Shown: positions 40,987 through 51,670 of the stretch, piece after piece
Layout of the letters: each line of letters starts with the position of its first letter
Position numbering within the stretch: position 1 is the first letter of the stretch
Assembly (NCBI GenBank): GCA_032718475.1
Contig: JAUCBJ010003286.1
Span: forward strand, 1-64,000
DNA from: Nemertoderma westbladi
Taxonomy: Eukaryota; Animalia; Xenacoelomorpha
Length of the DNA: 64,000 nucleotides
Direction of reading: 5' to 3'
Notes under the pieces: model-generated
What the model was told of the DNA's origin: nothing
The model's database searches: none
The model's input: the letters and a program-made list of their open reading frames with translations, nothing else
Position numbers and translations under genes: made by a program

Positions 40987-41213
40987 GATGAAATATATAG
41001 TTACTCAGACAGCTGAGACCGCGTTGGGTTTTAGTATACAGCAGCGCTGAGCTACATACTGAGCTGAGAGTTAAATAACCAAGCAGTGTTCGTTGAAAAG
41101 GGTACGAAAAACTTTCACGGAAAAGTGAATCTCTGAACCGGCCTTCTTAACAATTTCATCCTTTTTGTGATTTTCAATCACACTACAGTAACAGAACTAC
41201 CGGTACCTTACAA

Positions 41214-41735
41214 ATGGATTCCTATGATGATTTGCTAACAAAGAAGACCTTCGCTGTTCAAGTAGGAACGACTGCGGCCGCTTTCGCATTAGGTGATGTT
41301 TTAGCGCAGACCATTGAAGGTGGCCATCTCGATGTAGAACGTTTGTTTTACAGCACGCTATTAGGCGCCTTTATCGGAGGACCAATCCTTTACTATTGGC
41401 TGCAGTTTTTATTCAAACAATTCCGTGACGAGAACGACAGAATGCTCCGAGGACTCAAGATGATGCTCCTGGAACAGGTGTTCTTCGTGCCGATGTGCAT
41501 CGCCGTATATCTGACGATGAAACACGTAACCACCAACGGACTAACAGTTGACATTCCTCACGAGAAGACCGCCCGTATTGAGTTCCTGGATCTGCTCATC
41601 ATACACTACATGTTTTGGCCGCTGGTGCAGTTCGTAAATTTTTCTCTGGTTCAGCCGCAACGCCACCATCTGTACATGATAGCCGTTGGACTACTGTGGA
41701 ACACATTCACCGCCTGGAAAACAAACCGCTTATAA
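41214..41735 (+). CDS. Mpv17/PMP22 family membrane protein, single exon
   Basis: 173 aa, four hydrophobic segments; GDVLAQ, GPILYYW, KMMLLEQVFFVP, FWPLVQFVNFSLVQP and VGLLWNTF motifs. Confidence 0.9.
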   Translation: MDSYDDLLTKKTFAVQVGTTAAAFALGDVLAQTIEGGHLDVERLFYSTLLGAFIGGPILYYWLQFLFKQFRDENDRMLRGLKMMLLEQVFFVPMCIAVYLTMKHVTTNGLTVDIPHEKTARIEFLDLLIIHYMFWPLVQFVNFSLVQPQRHHLYMIAVGLLWNTFTAWKTNRL

Positions 41736-42895
41736 TGAGAAACCCAGTTACACCAAGGCAACTACCATGGCATTAATAAGTATAGCCTTGGTACCAAAAT
41801 TGTGATTGTATTATATATGTGTTTTATATGTGTTATAATTTGTTTCAGAACATAGTAGGACCTTCCAACAATATAATAAAAGGAAATTGTTTTGCTATAA
41901 TAACAATTTATTTTACAAAAAAAAGTAACATTTTTTGTCCGACTTTATAATCCGCATTTTAATGGAAAATTTTAATATGACATTTTCTGGTCTCATCTTT
42001 TGTTTTATGTTTCATTTATTGTTCCAGAACATGTTAGCTATTAATTTTTAAAAATAATTATGTTCTAGAACAAATATTTTTTGTTCTAGAACATTTTTTA
42101 GAAGAAATCGGGATTCTACTTCAAACGCGGAATAGTTTTAGAACGTGTTTAAAGTCTTTATAAAATTTTTGAAAGTTTTTTGTATTGATTTTATTTTTTA
42201 AACACGTTTAAAACGATTCCCTGCCTTTTAATTAGAATGCAGATTTTTTCTAAAAAATGTGCTGTGTTGACAAAGTGTGCTGACATGTTCTGAAAAATTT
42301 TTTCTATACAAATAGTAATAAGAGCTAGCTACTACAAAATATTTATAGAAGGAAGTAGGATGTCGGAACCAGTGTCGAAATTACTAGCTAAACCTATCTA
42401 AAACACTAGCTACCATAAAATTTAGCACAATATTTTTTCTTGTCCGTTGAAATCACTCATTGTGTCCTCTGATTTTGACTTTTTACGAAAACAATTATTA
42501 AAATCAATCCAAAAATGTTCCATTTTTGTTTATACATACCACAGTAATGCCAAGCATATTATTACTTTAAAATGCTTTTACTATTTCGAGGAAATGCAGA
42601 ATATAATGAGGACAAAAAAAACTTTATTTTTGTAATAAAAGATGCAGTTTTCTATAAAATTTACACTTTTGAATTAGAAGTTTAAAGTAACAAAGGTTTA
42701 GGTCAATTCTGCGCCAATGTGTAATTAAATGATACTAGAGCTATGATATACTAGCAGCTATACTTTGTGAGTGAAGATGATATTCCAGAACGTTAATCAA
42801 ATAATTAAACCAAAAATTTGATTTATCTAGCTACTGGAGCAAAAGATCCTACAACTAAACATGTTAATACTAAATTTATTAATAATTACCAAATA

Positions 42896-44433
42896 CACCA
42901 TCTCCCTTTATAGGGCCTACAACGACCATTTTTAGGGGGTCGCCCCCCCCCCCCCCTAATTTCTTTCAAATTTAAATAAAATGCTACGAAATTTGGTATG
43001 ATGAAAGTTAGATAACTTTTCTTACTGCTGGCAGAGCCGGATTTTTAATTTCTGAGCTATTTCGATACAACAAGGCGTTAAAAATCGCCCTTTTTTGCAA
43101 TATTTAGCCATCGGTTATATTTTTCTTCTTTTGAGTGTAATCGCGATATCATGAGAACCGCCTTATTCATCTGCAGATTCCGAATCTGAAGACCATCTTG
43201 AATTTCACCAAAAGTAGCCGGAGATATTATTAAAATACTAAGGTGTAAATATTGAGACGTCAATCGCTATAATCCAAACGTTTTTTGTCTTTATTTCTAG
43301 AATATTAATTATCCTCTATTATCCCCATTGCTCTAATAACTTCTCACTCTCATTCTTGTTTCTTCATTACGCGTAATTAATATTCTAGAATAGAGTAATA
43401 ACTATTTACATACTTGTGTGTAAAGTAGCACTTACAGTGTGATGATCCGAGTGTCAGAGGATCAGAACACTGTAAAGTACTTTTCAACAAATATGTATGT
43501 AGTTTTATTCTAAAATTGTTATTAAACATTACGATATGATTGCATATATATTATAAGTGATAGAAACTGCACAAATTAAATTAGTTGCTGTATAAATAAA
43601 TGTGAAAGTGAGATAAATTATGTTATAAATAAGTTAGCTTATATTTCTTCGCGGCGTTTGGAGCCATGTTATAATAATATAGCTAGGCCCTACTGGTTAT
43701 TAATACAGTAGATATACCCCGCCTACAGGTAGGTATTGCAGTAGGCCTATCTGGCTGTCAGTCAAATTTCCACCTATTGTTTACGTGGTAACCATTCACG
43801 CCGTAACTTTATTACAGCTCGCCGTCATTGGTTACTACATAAACATGGGACATTACAACACCCACTACAATACTAATTGTACAGGCCAATACAATGCTGT
43901 AATGTCTTCTAAGGTTGTAAAGTGCTAAATAACAACTCGCTGTTAATACTAACGGCGTTGAGTAATGTTACAATTTTGGAATAAAAAAACATTAGAATTA
44001 TAGAGATTTACATCTTAAAATTTACACTAATAAATATAATACTACACATAATACCTTTAGCAATTTTGGTGAAGTTTAAAACTGTTTTCAGATTCGGAAT
44101 CGGCAGATGAAGGCGGTTCTAATGATATCTAGATTACTGTACATTCAAAAGACGAAAAATAAAGCCAACAGAGATGGTTAAATATTGTTACAAAGGCATT
44201 CTTAACGGCTTGTTGAATAGAGATTGCTTAGGAATTGAATTCCCTGCTCTGCCAGCAGAAATAAAAGTTGTCGAAATATCATCATAACATATTTTGTAGT
44301 ATATGATTACTACTACTACTACTAATACTAGGTCGAGCGAACTCGGACAAGTATATGATGGAAAGTTTAAAAAAAAATAAGGGAAAAAAAGCTCCGACTC
44401 GCTAAAATTGTTGTTGTATTAAGGGAGATGGTG
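42896..44433. mobile_element. Non-autonomous DNA transposon with long imperfect TIRs, TA-flanked
   Basis: TA|CACCATCTCCCTT...AAGGGAGATGGTG|TA; inverted arm matches at 43026/44241 and 43153/44087. Confidence 0.72.
43385..43512. mobile_element. Small hairpin MITE nested in the 42896-44433 element
   Basis: Near-palindrome TAGAATA...CTTACAGTGT..GATCC / GGATC..ACACTGTAAAG...TATTCTA. Confidence 0.6.
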
Positions 44434-45921
44434 TACATAAAAATCACATAAAAGACATACAAAAAGTCAAAGTCAGTTTTGGTACTCTGGCAATACTAAT
44501 GCCCTTGCAATGTAGGTTGAATCAATAATTTAACAATCACACGTAATTGACTGTAAATTGCACGTAGCAATGTAAATACTTTTGTAATTTCTCACGTAAT
44601 GTTTATTCATTCAATATTAAACAAATGAATCAAGAAAAATTGATTGTAGTGTAATTTAATAATCAAACAAGCAAGTTAAAACAAATCTTAACTGGCAAGT
44701 ATTTACAAAAGTACAGTTCTACAAATGTACGTATGATGTGTTGCTTGTCGTAAGTGGCCTACGCCTAAGGTTGTATGCAATCAGTAATCAATTAGCGGCA
44801 GTCAGTCCATCAGTAGCTGTGTCGCCCTACAGAAGGCTTGGGCTTGATGAAAGGGCCGAGCGCCCGATAATGGCAATAAAGTGAAACCCCAAAGAATAAT
44901 GGTAAATTAGTAATGCAATGAATTGAAACGTGACAACCTGGGCAGTAGCACTACAAACTGAAGCAATCGCATTTCTGTTTGTTAATGGAACACATTTATA
45001 TTTTTTTATAGAATTTGCAGTAGTGGGGTGCCTCGGAATTATTTAGAAATGCTTAATAAACAGCCCAGGCCGCCAGTCAGTCAGTCAATATTATGTATTG
45101 GGATTGCTGCGGTGCATTGTGGTTATGCACAAAATATTGCACTGCTTGAGCACAACATCCTGGTTATGTCTGACCCATTACGCAAATACTTGATGGTGTG
45201 TCTTAGTATGGGGGCAGCTTCGGGGATATTGACTGGAGAAAGAGTCTAATGCCACGGTTAACAAAAATAGTTTATATTTATACGTCCATATCATTTTCAC
45301 GGACGTTTTCAGTAAATATATTGAAATATATACAACAATGAAATACAATTTATAGAAAGGATGGGATGGGAATGCGTAGGAAAAGGTATTGCGAGCTAGC
45401 GGGGAATACTGTGGATAACTACGACGCACCCCGGCAACCACACGTTGACTACCTGAAGTTCTCCCGGTTGTGCGAAAACTATGAAATTTATTAACTATTT
45501 TATAAATTTTAATAAACTATTTAAAATAATAACTATTTATAAACTTACGCCAGCCGGTTCAAGCAGAGCGCGATTGGCACAAGTGTGTAATGCTGTTTCA
45601 ATGTGGTCAGTTACTACGATTTAATTGATTCCAGCCCGCCCTCAGCGGCTCGGCCTTTTATAAAAGCCACCCATAACGGGCTAAATCTTCCGATTGATTG
45701 CAACTTAATATATTATTATTACAAAGTAACAAGGTTCATTATTTAATTAAGGAATTAATAAGGTTTGATGGGTTCTCATGCTCAATTGACAATTGAATGA
45801 AGTAACTCCCAAATATACTACAAACCCGTTCTAAATTATCGTTTTTGCTCATTGGGTCAAAAGCGGGCGGTAGCATCAATTGAGTGGGGAGCTTGGATTG
45901 CTTTAGATCATTCTCACGTAG

Positions 45922-46405
45922 ATAGTTCGTTTCGTTATGTATAATATAAAAGGAATTAATTTGAAAGCAGCAGCTTGGTCTAGTGGTGACATTACTGTGC
46001 TTCCGATTAGGGAGCCCGGGTTCGATCCCTAAATGGGGCAGCACTGTTTGGGCACAGTGCTTTAAATGCTGCAGCCTAGCCCAACCCCGGCTTTCATCCT
46101 TCAGTGGTCGATAAATGGGAACCAAGGCAACTTGGGAAACAGAGTGGTGGGGTTTACTGTGGAAGATCACCCATGGTGGTGAACAGGCATTCCTTGGCTT
46201 AACGAGCCTAAAAGATTCTCCCATTCAAAAGGAATTAATTAATTATTATACTGTTATAGTTCAATTGAATCTTACTCTATGCAATTACAGAGTTATCTTA
46301 CTGTCTTAGGTATCCAGATTATTGACAATGTTGGCACTTAGCCTTTGAAATATATTTATAAGTTTTTACATATCCTTTTATATTATACATAACGAAACGA
46401 ACTAT
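45922..46405. mobile_element. MITE with 33-bp TIRs, interrupted by a SINE
   Basis: ATAGTTCGTTTCGTTATGTATAATATAAAAGGA (45922) and its exact reverse complement at ~46373-46405. Confidence 0.8.
45962..46226 (+). mobile_element. tRNA-derived SINE with 14-bp TSD
   Basis: Box A TGGTCTAGTGG (45976), box B GGTTCGATCCC (46019), core TTCATCCTTCAGTGGTCGATAAATG. TSD AAAAGGAATTAATT at 45948-45961 and 46227-46240. Confidence 0.88.
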
Positions 46406-46844
46406 TTATATTTTTCACCATCTTCGAGAATTTTCTCCTTATTCTCATGGAGGTAAAATATTAAGATAATCAATCATCCACTGGTCCAAGATAAAGTGAA
46501 AGTCATTGTAACTAGAAAGCCAGCAAGCTGGCTGGAAGGAGCCCGGGGGAAAAATCCTAGCCAAGACTATTACAAAGAACTATGTCAGTCAGCAGTAAGT
46601 AAACTAAAATTGTCTAAACTGCAAGGCGTGAGGCTAGCTGACTTTGTGGCTCGCCCCACATAATAAAAAATGCAACTTAGCTACCACTAACAAAAATATA
46701 ATATGAAGCAAATAATTTCATTATCAAGAACGTTTACAAGATATAAGATGCGATTACCGAATATTTATAAAAAATGCCCATGATGCACAACCAGATAAAT
46801 AACAACGAATAGAGCCAAATAACAAATTTAGTTTCCTTCTATAG

Positions 46845-47587
46845 GTATTACCCCGTCGTCAAGCGGAATATCTCTTCCCAGTGAATTCTATGTGAATATG
46901 TAATATAGGTACTCCTTAGGCGGTAGGCCAGGGCGGGCTCCTTAAATACATGCAACTACTGTATTATAGTGTAGGTCAACTATAAAACATTTTGCAATCC
47001 ACAGTGAGTATCGACTGCAATAGGACACAACACACTGCTTTGTGTAACTAAAATTCATTCTCCTGATCCACCCCCTAACATAGCAGAGTGAGTAACCTTA
47101 TTGTAGATATACCCTTAGGAAGCACTGGGAGAGCAATCAGCTTATGGGGTAATACATTAGAAACCAACAGCTTATGTGTGAGTAAACATTGCCTTTCCTT
47201 ATAGCCTACTAGTAAAACTTGGCAACCAACACGTTTTTCTATGACTGTGTATAACATATTAAGCCATATTTCATCATGAACACCAGCTGTTATTTTGCTT
47301 TTAATTTCGCGACAAAACAATGTCAAAAACTAAATATATCGAATACCACACATAGAATCGATCTGAAATTTTGTAACGCGATTATGAACCACCAAAGCAA
47401 TGTACTTGCAAAATTTCATCAAAATCGCCAGGCAGGAAGTGCCTTAACCTAGATAATTATCAGTCAGTATGTCAGTCAGTATGTCAGTCAGTATGTCAGT
47501 CAGTGTAATGTATCCTGAGATTTTTACAGAAAGTATCCCTGAGATTCTTACAGTAAGTATCCCGCTGTCAAGCGGGCTCCTAATAAA
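46845..47587 (-). mobile_element. HINE-like element with CAGT microsatellite
   Basis: Terminal hairpin CCCGCTGTCAAGCGGG (47561) echoed by CCCGTCGTCAAGCGG (46852); (CAGT/TATGT) repeat at 47461-47505; GCAAAATTTCATCAAAATCG core. Confidence 0.55.
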
Positions 47588-48232
47588 CCCAGGGTCGTAA
47601 GGAATTAATTATCATTGTTACTTACTTCACTGCCAAGATTTCGTATTCCACATGCTCAAGAGACGATGATTGTCTATACAACCAACTATTTTACTTTATA
47701 TATATTACTGCTTATTGAAGTTGGCAATGATAATCTTTTTTGTATCTTCTAGTTTTTTCATAATAGATTGATAGTTATCTGAGAAAACATTTCCCAACAT
47801 AAATGTTTACAAGTGGGGGACTTTTATTTAGAGATCTACTAGTATTGAATGTATTAAGTCTACGATCTATGTAATTTCTTTACACAAAACAAATTTTCCA
47901 TGTCAACATTAATATTATTTACATTATATTTTCCTTAATATTCAGAGTAAACATTGAGTTTGGAATCAATCTATAAATACGTTCAAAGGTTGGAGGGACA
48001 TGCCAAATTTACGCTACGCTTATTTCCTCTGCTTATATTTTGCTTGATTATACAGGTACTTACTTACGTTGTAGTACATAATAATAATAATAATAGCGAC
48101 TTAGGAATTAATACGCTGACGCCATTCCATATCATATGCAATTTTACAACTTTCCACAACTGCTTTCAAACGTCTTTATGATTAAATAGAAACAACAAAG
48201 AAATAGAACTCATTCATTCTTTTTTATAAATC

Positions 48233-50083
48233 ATGGATGATGAATGTGTGAAACTACGCATTGACTCTCAACGAATAATGTCGTTACTTACCGAAAAGGT
48301 ATCTCGACTGAAATCCTTTGAATCTAGAGCGGGTAGCTCATCAATCCATGAGGAAGGTTCATCAGATACTGCGGAAAGATCACCCCTTGTTGGTACTGAC
48401 ATTTACAAAGAAGAGGCAGTAGGGGTTGGTAATGCTAAAAATGAATCGCAGATCGGAATCACAGAGTTGAGGGATCATTTAACTTACCTAGAAAACACTC
48501 TCCTCCTTCAAATAGAAGTGAATAAATCCCTAGCAGACCGTATTGATTATCTTGAAAACGCGAGGGAAAATGATGTGAAAAGGGTTAAACGTTTAGAATG
48601 TAAAATCAGAGACCAAGAGTGTGAATTGAGTTGGGCAATCCGTCAGATAAAATCGCAACATATGGATAACTCAAGTGGGGATGAAGTTGTTAGGACCAGT
48701 ATAGTTGCCAAAGCGAAACCTGTTGAAGAAGACATCAGTGTTGAAAGGAAAATTGCTAAGGAAGTCAACGTAGGAACAGACGGAGAAGTTATTCAACGAA
48801 ATAGTTACACCGATGGAGATGACGATGATTACGTAGTATTACGGAAAGTAAGTGCTCCAGAGATTAGTGTATCGAGAGATAAGGAATCACTCGCAATGTT
48901 ACACCATAAGAGTTTCCCACCTGGTCTGAATCCCAAATCTATTGCGGAAGAGGGTATCAATGCTTACAAAGATCTACAAAATGAAAATGTTCGAATGGCC
49001 GAGATTATTTCGCAAAGTGGGAACTCACTTTGTGCAGACTGCAACCTCCCAGGCACAGAGTTTGCTTGCAAAGTAGCTGGTGTTTTTCTGTGCATGGATT
49101 GTGCCATGATACATAGAGCAGTTGGGCGAACCTCTTTGAAGATGCTAATGGCTAAATGGTCAGATGAGGATATAACTCTCCTTGAAAGAAAGGGTAACGA
49201 TAATGGTCGAGCAATTTTAGAGCCCTTTTTGCCTTCGTTTTACCCGACGCCACGAGGTGCTGGGCGGCAGATATCATCGAGACTGTACCGCGAGCAGTTT
49301 GTCGAAGCGAAATACGAAAGAAAGGAGTTTTCCAGCCAATCGAAACAGCCATACACCAGCGGCATTAAACAAGGCATACTCTGGATGTACAGGCGCGGTT
49401 CATTCAAGCAGTCCTTGTTTCAACTAGAAGGAAAGTACCTAATGTACTACATGAAACCTGAACCCGTTGGTACAGTTCACACCGTAAATGTGTACGACCT
49501 GCGTGTGGTCCTATCACCAGAACGGGTCGGACACCCTAATGGAATGCATCTCTCTTACGTAAAGCCGTTGAGTGGAACTCGCAATATTTACGTATATTCG
49601 GAAGACGGACATGAAATTATGCAATGGTTCCTAGCTATACTTTGTAATACCCTACTCTTAGAACAAGTCTCCTTTCCCACCGCTCCCACAGAACTTTTAA
49701 TCATGAAATTGAAGCTAAGCCATACGAAGGAAGGCTATCTGAGTAAGACGGGTCGTAAGGGGACAGAGATATTCCGAAAGCGATGGTGTAATCTGGATGA
49801 TCGCAGATTCACTTACTACGAGGACAAGTTAGACGAGTGTCCAAAGGGGGAAGTTTTCCTGGGGGACCGGGAAAACTATAAGGTTACACTAGGGTATCCC
49901 CCATCCTTATCGTATCCCTCGGAAGATAATATATTTACGTTGAAAGCCGAGGACCGTTTGTATGTTCTAAGGGCAGAAAGCGAAGAGGAACGCAGCGAGT
50001 GGATTAAAGTTATCGATGATGCCATTCAAACAGAGATGGCTCCTCAAGACAAAGCTGCATCGATTCATGTTCCACGCAAATGA
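48233..50083 (+). CDS. ADAP1: ArfGAP with dual PH domains (ADAP/centaurin-alpha family), single exon, with N-terminal coiled-coil extension
   Basis: 616 aa. CADC-x16-CMDC-x4-R ArfGAP zinc finger, REQFVEAKYERKEF, GHPNGMHLSY...TRNIYVYSEDGHEIMQW, and a C-terminal PH domain KEGYLSKTG..FRKRW...EERSEWI. ADAP1 versus ADAP2 not resolvable. Confidence 0.92.
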   Translation: MDDECVKLRIDSQRIMSLLTEKVSRLKSFESRAGSSSIHEEGSSDTAERSPLVGTDIYKEEAVGVGNAKNESQIGITELRDHLTYLENTLLLQIEVNKSLADRIDYLENARENDVKRVKRLECKIRDQECELSWAIRQIKSQHMDNSSGDEVVRTSIVAKAKPVEEDISVERKIAKEVNVGTDGEVIQRNSYTDGDDDDYVVLRKVSAPEISVSRDKESLAMLHHKSFPPGLNPKSIAEEGINAYKDLQNENVRMAEIISQSGNSLCADCNLPGTEFACKVAGVFLCMDCAMIHRAVGRTSLKMLMAKWSDEDITLLERKGNDNGRAILEPFLPSFYPTPRGAGRQISSRLYREQFVEAKYERKEFSSQSKQPYTSGIKQGILWMYRRGSFKQSLFQLEGKYLMYYMKPEPVGTVHTVNVYDLRVVLSPERVGHPNGMHLSYVKPLSGTRNIYVYSEDGHEIMQWFLAILCNTLLLEQVSFPTAPTELLIMKLKLSHTKEGYLSKTGRKGTEIFRKRWCNLDDRRFTYYEDKLDECPKGEVFLGDRENYKVTLGYPPSLSYPSEDNIFTLKAEDRLYVLRAESEEERSEWIKVIDDAIQTEMAPQDKAASIHVPRK

Positions 50084-51670
50084 TCACACAGATAAATATC
50101 AGATTTTTGAAAATTTTCATATTTAATTCAACGATACCATTTATTTAGCTCATGTCGAAAACAGATTTTATTTTACATTTTAGTGCATTCATTCATTGAC
50201 TTACGATTGGATGAGTTTAGTATGATGGAGGTTATGTTGCATATTTTGCATTTCTCTGCGTATTTGTATGTATTTGTTGCTCGCTTTCTTGGTAAAAACG
50301 CTTCCTTTTAGGCCTCGTATGAAGGACTTTTAGACTACTTATTTATGATATTTATATATATTATATTATATTAATGTTTTTGATATGATAATACTATATT
50401 ACTACATTACCGACTGAATCTGTTGGGCTTCTGCCGGTGGAAATGTGTTAGGTTGCCCAGTGGAAAGACACAAATAACAGGGGATTCTATTGTCTTATAT
50501 TTATTGTTTTAGCTAGAATAACGCGCCACTGTAACGTGATGCTCCTTTGTATTATTTGATAACTTACATTGTTATTCACCACGAGACAATACTTAGCCGA
50601 GTTAGGAATTATGTGAATTCTACTCCCACAGATTCATAAAGATAACCGGATATTTACCCTGAATATTGTGGGTCCACAACAGAACCTCTAACCGATCGTG
50701 TACCACAACCGCTGATAGAAACGTTATCTATATGTCGGTTTGCCTTCGTCTAATGTTTAATGGCTAATAACTCACGCAATCTTTGAAAGAATTAACCCAA
50801 AATTGGTACAGATGTGGTCTGTCAAAAGTCTGAATTATAATAGGTGTGTGGGTGAGGGGTGTAAGTTAATCACTCACATAATATATCAAAACCCACACGG
50901 TAGGCTCGCCTCACTTACATTGGAACTCACGTGCACGCAGAATGGTATCCTTCATTGGTACCTTAACACAGTGGGGGAAGGGGGGGGGGGGGGGGGGGTA
51001 GTGGTTCTCCGACACGGGGGTTTGGATTTTGGGTATGAAATAAAAACTACACCATTTAAAAAAAATAATGACATTTGTGCAAATTATTAAGGAATAGTAA
51101 GTTTATTTTCAAATTAATTATTGTCCGGTGTCATAATAGTTAATACTATCTAAATTTCAACAAAATAAACTACAAATTATAAAAAAACGTTTTTTGCAAA
51201 ATAATCTACAAACAACAAATACATTGAATTATCAAATGACCGAAATATATTTTAAATCTCATAATTTAATTATTATTATTCATTCGGAGTGGGTTATCGT
51301 TATGGGGAATGAGGATACCAAACCAAAGTTAAATGTTGTTTTAATTTTGCGGATTTTATTTATTTATTTCATATTTTATCTTCTCACATGACAGACAGAC
51401 ATGCTTTTTATTTGAGTTATAATAATTATTATTCCATCAAAAACAACATACAAGAAACTTGCAATTGTTGACATTAATACGAACTGTATGAGTACATATT
51501 TAGGTGCCCCTTTTTCAAATTTTAATGTAAAGTGTTGTGACATTGCAGTTATGTAATAAAAATATTTTGAAAATTATTTTTCCTCATTCAGCAATAAGAA
51601 ACAAGCATGCAAGCGTTTAGATATGAAACACAACATATACAATAAAATACTGCAATATTATTAAAGATTA

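Noticed and set aside
50967-51030. CACAGTGG as a Transib/RSS-like terminus (also ~17952)
   Set aside because: No matching opposite terminus or 5-bp TSD found.
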